A DNA stretch of 64,000 nucleotides from an uncultured Thermoplasmata archaeon (GTDB lineage: Archaea > Thermoplasmatota > Thermoplasmata > Lutacidiplasmatales > UBA184). The stretch is taken from assembly GCA_963715645.1 (NCBI GenBank), contig OY970259.1:1208545-1272544 (forward strand). The letters run 5' to 3'. Shown here piece by piece: positions 39,313 to 47,491 of the stretch; positions within the stretch are counted from its first letter, which is position 1, and each line of letters opens with the position of its first letter. The translations under genes and the position numbers were made by a program. Under the pieces are notes generated by a model. It did no database searches. It was not told the origin of the DNA and saw only the letters and a program-made list of their open reading frames with translations.

Positions 39313-39737
39313 TGTCCGAAGCGGCTGCCGCACGCCACCCGAAGGTGTTGGTGTTCTCCACCAACGCGATCTCCGACATGGGGATCGACCTCGCCGGCAG
39401 CTCCCACATGGACTACTCCGCGGCGGTCCGCGTGATCGCCGTGCCGTGCTCCGGCGGGATCAACCCGGCGTGGATCCTCCACGCCGTACAGGCGGGGTTC
39501 GATGGCGTCTTCGTCGCGGCCGACGGAGCCGAGTGCGCGTTTCTCCCGGACTGTGTGGCCCGGACCGGCCGCATCGTGGCAGATGCCCAGACCCTCCTGC
39601 GGAACAACGGGGTGGACCCGGCGCGGGTCAAGACCGCGGCGATCTGCTCGGTGTGCTCCGAGCCCTTCGTGAACCACATGAAGCAGTTCGGCAAGGCCCT
39701 CGGGGAGATCCCCGCGGTCGCCGGAGCACCTGCATGA
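39312..39737 (+). CDS. MvhD/FlpD-like domain protein with atypical cysteine pattern
   Basis: KVLVFSTNAISDMGIDLAGSS...VRVIAVPCSGGINPAWILHAVQAGFDGVFVAA parallels MvhD (FCCNWC.YAGADLAG...VPCSGrv...GADGV). The N-terminal Cys cluster is replaced. Its stop overlaps the hdrA ATG (ATGA). Confidence 0.65.
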   Translation: MSEAAAARHPKVLVFSTNAISDMGIDLAGSSHMDYSAAVRVIAVPCSGGINPAWILHAVQAGFDGVFVAADGAECAFLPDCVARTGRIVADAQTLLRNNGVDPARVKTAAICSVCSEPFVNHMKQFGKALGEIPAVAGAPA

Positions 39738-41569
39738 CGGTGACATCGCCCCCCTCCCAGTACGACGTGCTCGTCCTCGGCGCGGGGGTGGGAGGGATGG
39801 AGTCCGCCCTCACGCTGGGCGACATGGGATTCCGGGTCCTGCTGGTGGAGAAGGAGAGCAGCGTGGGTGGCCGGATGATCCTGCTCAGCAAGGTCTTCCC
39901 GACGCTGGACTGCGCGAGTTGCATTTCCACTCCTAAGATGGCGGCCGTGAACAACCATCCCAACGTCCGACCCCTCGTCTACTCGCAGGTCGACGATATC
40001 ACTCCCCGCCCGGAGGGTGGGTTCCTCGTCCACCTGACCCGGAAACCTACGTTCGTCGATTTCGCCAAATGCACCGGGTGTGCGCTCTGCGAGGCCGCCT
40101 GCACGGTCGCTGTCCCGGACGAGTTCAATTACGACCTCGCGGCCCGACGGGCCGCCCACATCGCCTTCCCCCAGGCGGTGCCGAAGAAGGCGGTCATCAC
40201 GCGACGGGGGACCTCACCCTGCTCCTTCACGTGCCCCGCGGGAGTGAAGCCCCACGGGTACGTCTCCCTCGTGCGCGCCGGAAAGTACGAGGAAGCCTTC
40301 CGTCAGCACTTGGAGGACGCTCCGCTTGTGGGCGTACTCAGCCGGGCCTGCTATGCCCCGTGCGAGGGCGAGTGTACCCGAGGGGAGCTCGAGGGCCCCG
40401 TGGCCATCCGCGGGATCAAGCGGTTCATGGCCGACCGGTACTATGCGGCTCACCCCATCCCCGAATACGGCCCGCCGAAGAAGGGTCGCGACCCGAAGGT
40501 CGCGATCGTCGGCTCCGGACCGAGCGGCCTCTCCGCAGCGTTCTTCCTCGGCCGCTCTGGCTACGAGGTAACGATCTTCGAGGCCGAGAGCGAACCCGGC
40601 GGGATCTTGCGCTGGGGGATCCCGGCCTATCGACTTCCCAAGGATGTCCTCGCGCGCGACCTCGCGAACATCACGGCCCTCGGGGTCCGCATCCAGACCA
40701 ACCAGCGCGTCACCTCGGTGGCGGCACTCCGCGAGCAGGGGTTCGATGCCGTGTTCGTGGCGTCCGGAGACCGAGGCGGTCGTAAGCTGGCAGTCCCGGG
40801 CGAGGACCTCGACGGGGTCTACGACGCGGTCCAGTACCTTCACGACCTGAACGCGGGCCGCCCGCCCGACCTTTCGGGCAAGACGGTAGTGGTGATCGGA
40901 GGCGGGAACGTCGCCATCGATTCCGCCCGCAGCGCGCTGCGTCTCCAGGCCCGCTCCGTCAAGATGTTCTGCTTAGAAGCACCGGGGGAGATGCCGGCCC
41001 ACCCCTGGGAGATCCAGGAGGCGACCGACGAGGGGGTCCTGCTCACCAACTCCTGGGGGGTCGGCAAAGTCCTTGGGCACGACCGGCAGGTCATGGGCAT
41101 CGAGCTCGTCCGGTGCACCTCGGTGTTCGACCAGGAGCACCGATTCCGTCCGACCTTCGACCCATCGGTTCGCGAGACCGTACCCGCCGACGTGATCATC
41201 ACGGCGATCGGTCTGGCTCCCAACACGGGGGCCTTTGCCTCCGAGGTCGAGCTCCAGCGGAACGGTACGTTCAACGTGAACCCTGAGACCCTCGCCACCT
41301 CGGTTCCGTACGTCTTCGCTGGCGGGGACGCCGTTACGGGCCCCTCGATGATCGTGACCGCGATCGGGCAGGGGAAGCGAGCCGCCTTCTACATCGACCG
41401 TCTTCTTCAGGGCCTTCCGCTCGAGGGGGTCAAGTTTGACGAGCGGTTGCCGAGCGCCGACCGCATGGCGGTGGCGACGGAAGCCCGCAAGGACACGGCC
41501 CCGCGCACGCCGATCCCGGTCGTTCGAACTCCCATCCCCCAGTCGGGTCACCTCGTTCGAGGAGTATGA
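39734..41569 (+). CDS. hdrA: HdrA-like flavoprotein, N-terminal part, carrying a nested GltD/NfnB-like NAD(P)H:FAD module
   Basis: VLVLGAGVGGMESAL...GGRM...FPTLDCASCI...CTGCALCEAAC...FPQAVP are HdrA motifs. Then CPAGV...YAPCEGECTRG...VAIVGSGPSGLSAAF...GGILRWGIPAYRLP...VVVIGGGNVAIDSA...VFAGGDAV is GltD/NfnB-like. Confidence 0.8.
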   Translation: MTVTSPPSQYDVLVLGAGVGGMESALTLGDMGFRVLLVEKESSVGGRMILLSKVFPTLDCASCISTPKMAAVNNHPNVRPLVYSQVDDITPRPEGGFLVHLTRKPTFVDFAKCTGCALCEAACTVAVPDEFNYDLAARRAAHIAFPQAVPKKAVITRRGTSPCSFTCPAGVKPHGYVSLVRAGKYEEAFRQHLEDAPLVGVLSRACYAPCEGECTRGELEGPVAIRGIKRFMADRYYAAHPIPEYGPPKKGRDPKVAIVGSGPSGLSAAFFLGRSGYEVTIFEAESEPGGILRWGIPAYRLPKDVLARDLANITALGVRIQTNQRVTSVAALREQGFDAVFVASGDRGGRKLAVPGEDLDGVYDAVQYLHDLNAGRPPDLSGKTVVVIGGGNVAIDSARSALRLQARSVKMFCLEAPGEMPAHPWEIQEATDEGVLLTNSWGVGKVLGHDRQVMGIELVRCTSVFDQEHRFRPTFDPSVRETVPADVIITAIGLAPNTGAFASEVELQRNGTFNVNPETLATSVPYVFAGGDAVTGPSMIVTAIGQGKRAAFYIDRLLQGLPLEGVKFDERLPSADRMAVATEARKDTAPRTPIPVVRTPIPQSGHLVRGV

Positions 41570-41576
41570 GACGGTC

Positions 41577-42467
41577 ATGAACGAAGCCCAGGCGAGGGAG
41601 AGCGCCAACCGCTGCCTGGACTGCGGCGTGTGCTCGGAGTGCCGGGAGTGCATCGCCGCCTGCCCGGCGGACGCGATCGACCTCACCATGCGGGCCCACG
41701 CAGAAACCGTCACCGTCCGGTCGGTCGCCCTCGCCACGGGGTTCTCTCCCTTCGACGCGCGCCAGAAGCCGGCGTTCGGGTTCGGGCGCTTCCCCAACGT
41801 CATCACCGGCCCGCAGATGGACCGCATCCTCGCCCCCACCCGGCCGTTCAACGCGGTGGTCCGCCCCTCCGATGGCAAGATGCCTTCCAACGTCGCGTTC
41901 GTCCTGTGCACCGGTTCGCGAGACGAACAGGTCGGCAACCGTCTCTGCTCGCGGGTGTGCTGCATGTACTCGATGAAGCAGGCCCAGCTGCTCATGGGGT
42001 CGCTCCCGCTCGCGGACGTGACGGTCTACTACATCGACATCCGGGCGTTCGGTAAGGGGTACGAGGAGTTCTTCCAGCAGACGAAGGGGATGAGCGTCGC
42101 GTTCACCAAGGGCAAGGTCTCCCGCATCGAGGAGACGGACGACAGCGACCTCCTCGTGCACTACGAGGACATCGAGGGCGGAGGCGGCCACAAGGTCGCA
42201 CGTCACGACCTGGTCGTGCTCGCGGTCGGTATGCTCCCCAACCAGACCCCGCTGGGGATGTTCCCCCAGGGAGGTCCGGCCAAGGATGCCTACTCCTACG
42301 TCCAGGAGACGAACGAGGAGTTGGAGCCCGGCACGACAAGCCTCGATGGGGTGTTCGTCATCGGCTCCGCCACCGCGGTCCGCGATATCCCCGATACGAT
42401 CGTGCATTCGGAAGCGGCATCCGCGCAGATCGCCGCCTACCTCAAGCGCGCGGAGGCGAAGGCATGA
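41577..42467 (+). CDS. hdrA: HdrA-like flavoprotein, C-terminal part (either a separate ORF from ATG 41577 or fused to 39734..41569 by a frame switch near 41520-41560)
   Basis: RCLDCGVCSECRECIAACP...ATGFSPFD...NVITGPQMDR...VAFVLCTGSRDEQVGNRLCSRVCCMYSMKQA...YYIDIRAFGKGYEEF are colinear with the second half of methanogen HdrA. Confidence 0.75.
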   Translation: MNEAQARESANRCLDCGVCSECRECIAACPADAIDLTMRAHAETVTVRSVALATGFSPFDARQKPAFGFGRFPNVITGPQMDRILAPTRPFNAVVRPSDGKMPSNVAFVLCTGSRDEQVGNRLCSRVCCMYSMKQAQLLMGSLPLADVTVYYIDIRAFGKGYEEFFQQTKGMSVAFTKGKVSRIEETDDSDLLVHYEDIEGGGGHKVARHDLVVLAVGMLPNQTPLGMFPQGGPAKDAYSYVQETNEELEPGTTSLDGVFVIGSATAVRDIPDTIVHSEAASAQIAAYLKRAEAKA

Positions 42468-44201
42468 CGGCGCGCAAGATCGGGGTCGTCGTCGTGCCAG
42501 TGCGGGGGCAACATCTCGGACTACGTCGACACCGAAAAGGTGCGGCAAGAGGCCAGCAAGGAGGCCGACGTCGTGACCTGCCCAGGTTCAGATGTTCGCT
42601 TGCTCCGACGCCGCCCAGCAGGCCGTGATCCAGGAGATCCGCGAGAAGAAGCTCGACGGCATTGTCGTCTGCTCCTGTTCCCCGAAGCTCCACACCGCGA
42701 CCTTCCGCGCCATGGCCGAGCGGGCCGGCCTCAACCCGTACGAGTACAGCCAGGTCAATATCCGCGAACAGTGCTCCTGGGCCCACACCCACGACCGGCC
42801 GGGGGCCACCGAGAAGGCGCTCGACCTCGTCCGGGCCGGCGTGGCCAAGACCGCGCTCTCCCAGCCGCTCGAGAGAATGCGGGTCGAGACCCTTCCCCAG
42901 GCCCTCGTGCTCGGCGCCGGGGTCGCCGGACTGCGGGCCGCCGTCGCCCTGTCGGACCTCGGGATCTCTGTCCACCTCGTGGAGAAAGCGGCCGCCCCGG
43001 GGGGACAGGTCGTCCGGTGGGGCGGCCTCTTCCCGAACGACAAGGTGGGCGGGGAGCTCGTCCAGAGCCTCCTCGCGGACGTGGGTCGACGGGAGAACAT
43101 CGTGACTGTACTTCAACAGCGAGCTGGTCGAGAAGGCGGGGCGGATCGGCGAATTCGCCGTCAAGGTCCGCACCGGAACCGGGGACCTCATCTCCCTCCA
43201 GGTCGGAGCGATCGTCGTCGCCACCGGATTCGAGCCCTACACGCCGAAGAACGGGGAGTTCGGCTTCGGCCTCGAGGGTGTGGTGACGCTTCCCGGAGTT
43301 CAAGGAACTCCTCGCCACCCGACCGAACCGCCTCGTCTATCGAGGGCGGCGAGATCCGGACGATCGCCTACATCTACTGCGTCGGCTCCCGCGAGGCGTC
43401 GAAGGAAGGTGCCGGGCACTCGTACTGCTCGCGGTACTGCTGCAGCGCTACCTCCCACATCGCGACGGTCGTCGAGCCGCGCTGGACCCGACCATCCACC
43501 AGTTCCACCTCTTCCGGGACGTGCGGACCTACGGGAAGTACGAGGCGCTCTACGAGCACGCGCTGCGCTCGGGCTCCCTCTTCCTCCGGTACGGCGAGGA
43601 CGGACCCCCCCGTGGTCGCGCGAGGGGACGGAGGGCTCCGGTCCTGAAGGTCCACGACCGCCTGATGCGCGGGCGAGGAGGTCGAGATCCGGCCCGACCT
43701 CGTCGTGCTGGTCACGGGGATGGTGCCCCGGGAGAACGCCCGCGCTCACGGACGTCCTCAAGCTCCCGGTCGGCCAGGACGGGTTCTTCCACGAGATCCA
43801 CGTCAAGCTGCGGCCCGTCGAGACGGTCATCGATGGGGTGTTCATTGTCGGAGCGGCCCAGGGACCGAAGAACGTCGCGGAGAGCGTCGCGAAGCGCTCT
43901 GGCCGCGGTCTCGAAGACCGGTGCGCTGCTGCTCAAGGGGTACGTCGACCTCGACCCGCTGGTCGCCAAGGTCGACCCGAACCTCTGCGTCTGGTGCGAC
44001 GCGTGCCTGAAGGCCTGCCCGTACGGGGCGATCGATTCGGTATCCTACGGCGAGAAGCAGGTCGCGGAGGTCAACCCGATCCTGTGCAAGGGCGAGGGCG
44101 GGTGCGTGCCGGTTTGCCCGAAGCAGGCGGTCGCCGTTCAGGGGTACACCAACGAACAGATCACGTCCATGATCGACGCGATGGCGAGGGGGGCGGCATG
44201 A
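42464..44201 (+). pseudogene. Second HdrA-type gene (N-terminal Cys domain, FAD domain, C-terminal 2x[4Fe-4S] ferredoxin domain) broken by about 11 frame switches
   Basis: MTARKIGVVV / CQCGGNISDYVDTEKV / MFACSDAAQQ...IVVCSCSPKLHTATF...NIREQCSWAH...LVLGAGVAGL / LYFNSELVEK...VVATGFEPY / IYCVGSRE...YCSRYCC / RDVRTYGKYE / LVVLVTGMVP / FFHEIHVKLRPVETVIDGVFIVGAAQGP / CVWCDACLKACP...CKGEGGCVPVCP. Each piece lies in a different frame. Confidence 0.75.
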
Positions 44202-44449
44202 CGGGTAAGACCCAGCTCCGGAGCCTCAGCGAGGTCTTCCGGGATGGGATGCTCGAGGCGGACCGCGTAGCCGCCGTGCTGCGTCAGGGCCCCAGGACCC
44301 TCCCCGAGATCGCCGGAGCGCTCGGGGCACCGGTCCCCGAGGTGACGAAGTGGGTCATGGCGATGCGGCGTTACGGGCGGGTCCACGAACTTTCCAAGGC
44401 GCGGTCGGACGACTACTACCAGTACCAGCTTGCGGAGGAAGACCGATGA
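44198..44449 (+). CDS. Small (83 aa) winged-helix-like protein embedded in the hdr cluster
   Basis: ATG overlaps the hdrA2 stop, and its own stop overlaps the hdrC ATG (ATGA). LPEIAGALGAPVPEVTKWVMAMRRYGRVHEL looks like an HTH plus wing. No Cys residues. Confidence 0.5.
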   Translation: MTGKTQLRSLSEVFRDGMLEADRVAAVLRQGPRTLPEIAGALGAPVPEVTKWVMAMRRYGRVHELSKARSDDYYQYQLAEEDR

Positions 44450-44754
44450 AGGTCGACACGGAATTCCTGAACGGACTGGACCTGAGCGGCGACTTCGACG
44501 CGCGAAGGTGCATCAACTGCGGCACCTGCTCGGCGCTCTGCCCGCTCGGGGTCGAGCTCCTGCCCCGCCGGCTATTCCGTTACGTCCTCTTGGGAAATGC
44601 GGAGGCGGTCCGCGCCCAGCGAGACACGATCTTCAGCTGCCTCCTCTGCCGGATGTGCGAGGCGAACTGCCCTGGTGGGGTCCACATCGCCGAGAACGTC
44701 CGGGCGCTGCGGACCATCGTCAACCGCGATGTCCACCACCTCGCGGAGGCCTAG
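44446..44754 (+). CDS. hdrC: HdrC-like 2x[4Fe-4S] ferredoxin subunit
   Basis: CINCGTCSALCP and CLLCRMCEANCP are two CxxCxxCxxxCP motifs with HdrC-like spacing. Confidence 0.8.
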   Translation: MKVDTEFLNGLDLSGDFDARRCINCGTCSALCPLGVELLPRRLFRYVLLGNAEAVRAQRDTIFSCLLCRMCEANCPGGVHIAENVRALRTIVNRDVHHLAEA

Positions 44755-44762
44755 GAGGGATC

Positions 44763-45733
44763 GTGCCCGTTCCGGTGGCCAGCACCCTCGGGATGCTGGG
44801 GGACAACCTCCGCAAGCGACGGAGCGCGCTTCCGATCGGCCGTCGGAAGCTGACCGCCTGGACCCGGGGCCTCGACATTCCCAGCGAGGGAGCGACGATG
44901 CTCTTCACGGGCCAGATGTGGCAGATGGTGCCGGCGATCAACGCCATGAGCCGGCAGCTCGCGAAGTACGAGAGATCCGGGAGCGCCCGACTCTTCGGCC
45001 TCGCGCGGTCCGTGAACAAGGTCGTCAACCTCACCCCGCTGCTCGCCCGCACCTCCGCCAAGGAGCGCCGAGCGTACGACGAACGACTACGCAACATCGC
45101 CCGACTCCTGAAGGCTGCCGGCGTGCCGTTCAGCTACCAGGTTAAGGCCGACCTCTACGCCGGAGCCCTCGCGTACGATGAGGGACTCGACCGTACGTTC
45201 GTGGCCCACGCCCAGTACGTGTATGGCGTGCTCCGGGAGCACGGGGTCCAGCGAGTGATCACCGTGGACCCCCACACGACCAACATGCTGCGCAGCGTCT
45301 ACCCGAAGGTCGTCCCCGGATACGAGCTCGAGGTCCGAAGCTATCTCGAGGTCCTGGCCGAGCGGAGCCTCACCCCGCTCCAGCGGGTCGGGGGGTCCGC
45401 CACGATCCACGACTCGTGCGTCTACGCGCGGTACGAGGGGGTCGTCGACCAGCCGCGAACCCTGCTCGCCGGCGCCGGGGTCCGGATCGCCGAGCCCGAG
45501 CTCTCCGGGAAGATGACGTTCTGCTGCGGGGGGCCTCTCGAGACGCTGTTCCCGGGAAAGTCCGCAGAGATCGCGACGGCGGCGTATCGAGCAGCTCCAG
45601 GCGGTGGATCGTCGGGTCGTGACCGCCTGTCCGCTCTGCCTCTCGAACCTGAGCCGCGTGGCCCCGCCCGAAACAAAAGTCCGGGACATCTCGGATTACC
45701 TGGTCGAGGCCTACTGTCCGGGCAGAAGCCTGA
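44763..45733 (+). CDS. hdrB: HdrB-like CCG-domain subunit (frame switch near 45590; 3' end not determinable)
   Basis: TVDPHTTNML, IHDSCVYARY and MTFCCGGP form the first CCG domain. After the switch, VVTACPLCLSNL forms the second. GTG start at 44763. No clear stop appears after DISDYLVEAY. Confidence 0.7.
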
Positions 45734-45946
45734 AACGGGCCCGACCGCCGTCGCTCCGAGCGGCCCCCCGGCTCGGACCGACCGGACCTGACCGACCCGC
45801 GACGCGGGGGGATCGGTCCGCCGCGTGGCCCGAGACCATGGGGAAGACGGAGCCGCCCCGACCCCGCAAACGTCGCCGGGGCCGACCGGGCCCACGACCG
45901 ATGTTCGAGGGGAAGCCCGGGGCGCGTGTCGTACCGGCGGGGGGAA

Positions 45947-46535
45947 CTAGAGGCCGGCGGCGAGGAGCGCGTTCATCGCCTGCTCGATCGTGTGCTCGGG
46001 AGTACCTTTCGCGTCGATGCGAACCCAGCGCGGCTGTTGGAACATCTGCTCGAACTTCGTCCGGACCCGCTGGAGATACATGTCATCCTCGACCGCATCC
46101 GCCTCCCCGCTGGCCTGCATCCGTCGGATGGCCAGGTCCACCGGAGCGTCGAGGTAGAGCACCAGGTCCGGCTCGACCGACAGGGCTCGCTCAATCCGCT
46201 CGAGCTCCCGCATTTGTTCGGTCGCCAGACCCGGCGACTGGTAGGCGAGCGTCGAATAGAACGAGCGGTCCTGCACGACGACGTCGCCCTGGTCGAGCGC
46301 GGCCTCGATGTCCGGCCGAAGGAGCGCGCGGTCGACCGTGAAGCAAAGTGCCGCCGCGAAGGGCTCGCTCTGGATCATGCGGGCGTACCTCGCGACGCAG
46401 GAACTTGTCGGTGGGCGAACGGAAGCTCGAGACCGAATGCCCGCGCCGGAGCAGGGGCGGCACCAGTCGGGCGGCCAGCTCCGTCTTGCCGGTCCCGTCA
46501 ATCCCCTCGATGACGATGTACGTTCCTCGTTCGCT
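45947..46535 (-). CDS. tmk: Thymidylate kinase (frame switch near 46390)
   Basis: YIVIEGIDGTGKT (P-loop) lies in the 46191..46610 frame. It continues as FTVDRALL...VVQDRSFYSTLAYQ...LVLYLDAP in 45947..46501. Confidence 0.8.
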
Positions 46536-46713
46536 CACGGGTCGTTCTCTTGCGGTCGCCCGTCGTCCACCGGCCCTGTCTCCGGGGTCGTCGGGGTCCG
46601 GCCTCACCAAGCCCTCCGGGGCAATAAACCCGCCCCGGGCCGCTCCGTGGACCCGCCCCGAGACCGGGGGCCCCGCCGGCCGGTGAGTCCCGGCCCCGCC
46701 CTCACCCTCCCGG

Positions 46714-47297
46714 TCAGCGGGGGCGCACGTCGAGGTTGGTCAGGAGACGGCGGTGCTCTTTCGCACTGACCCAGGCCACGCGCAGGTCCTCCCTCAGGAA
46801 CGAATCGGTGACGCCGAGCCGCCGGGCCTCCACGTTCGCGAACCGGTACGCCTCGAGCTCTGTCGGACGATCCACGTAGGAGTAGCTCTCGTCCCAGAGC
46901 TCTCGACCCTGGCTTCGCTGGATGACGTGGTAGAGCTCATGGAGGATGTCCAGGTACAGGACCATCGCGGGACTCTCGCGAAGGTGCTGACGGCTCACCA
47001 CCACGCAATTCTCGGGGGCGGTAATCGGTCGCCAGCAGTTCGATCCGCGTTCGGGGGGAGCTCGTGGGGAGCCACGTACATCCACTCCCCGCGACGCCGT
47101 GCGATCTCCACCGTAGTATCGCGGGCCAAACTCCGTCGGGTCCCTGGGGAGCCCGGGTACTTCTCGAAGGCGGGCACTCGTTCCAAGCCCTGAAAGACCT
47201 CGAGCAGCGAGTAGCGGAGGGGGGGAAGGTCCCGCGATACCTGGAACACCGCAGGGGGGTTGGGAGGGTCGGTACACGGGGATGTCATCACCATCAC
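46714..47297 (-). CDS. Hypothetical HExxH-motif protein, putative metallopeptidase (frame switch near 47010)
   Basis: LDILHELYHVIQRSQG...PTELEAYRF is HExxH plus a downstream Glu. The N-terminal part ...TVEIARRRGEWMYVAPHELPP lies in the 46995..47297 frame. Confidence 0.5.
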
Positions 47298-47491
47298 TCT
47301 CGACCCGTTTCATTGGGAGTGGCAGACTCTTGAACCTTCGCGTCGCGGCCGGCCGCGGAACCTCGAGGTCCCGTAGCGGGAGCGGTTCCCGCGGCCCGGC
47401 CACGGCTGCCGGGGAGGGGCGGCGCGGACGGGAGTTCACGAGTTTCCGTTGGGGGGTAGGTTTAACCTGCGGGGCTACCGTTAAGGCGGCG

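Noticed and set aside
39057-39737. Treating the 226-aa ORF as a genuine TusA-MvhD fusion protein
   Set aside because: A one-base change restores a canonical TusA C-terminus, its stop, and an overlapping GTG start for the MvhD-like gene. The given linker is Arg/Ala-rich and unlike either family. It is kept as an alternative pending read evidence.
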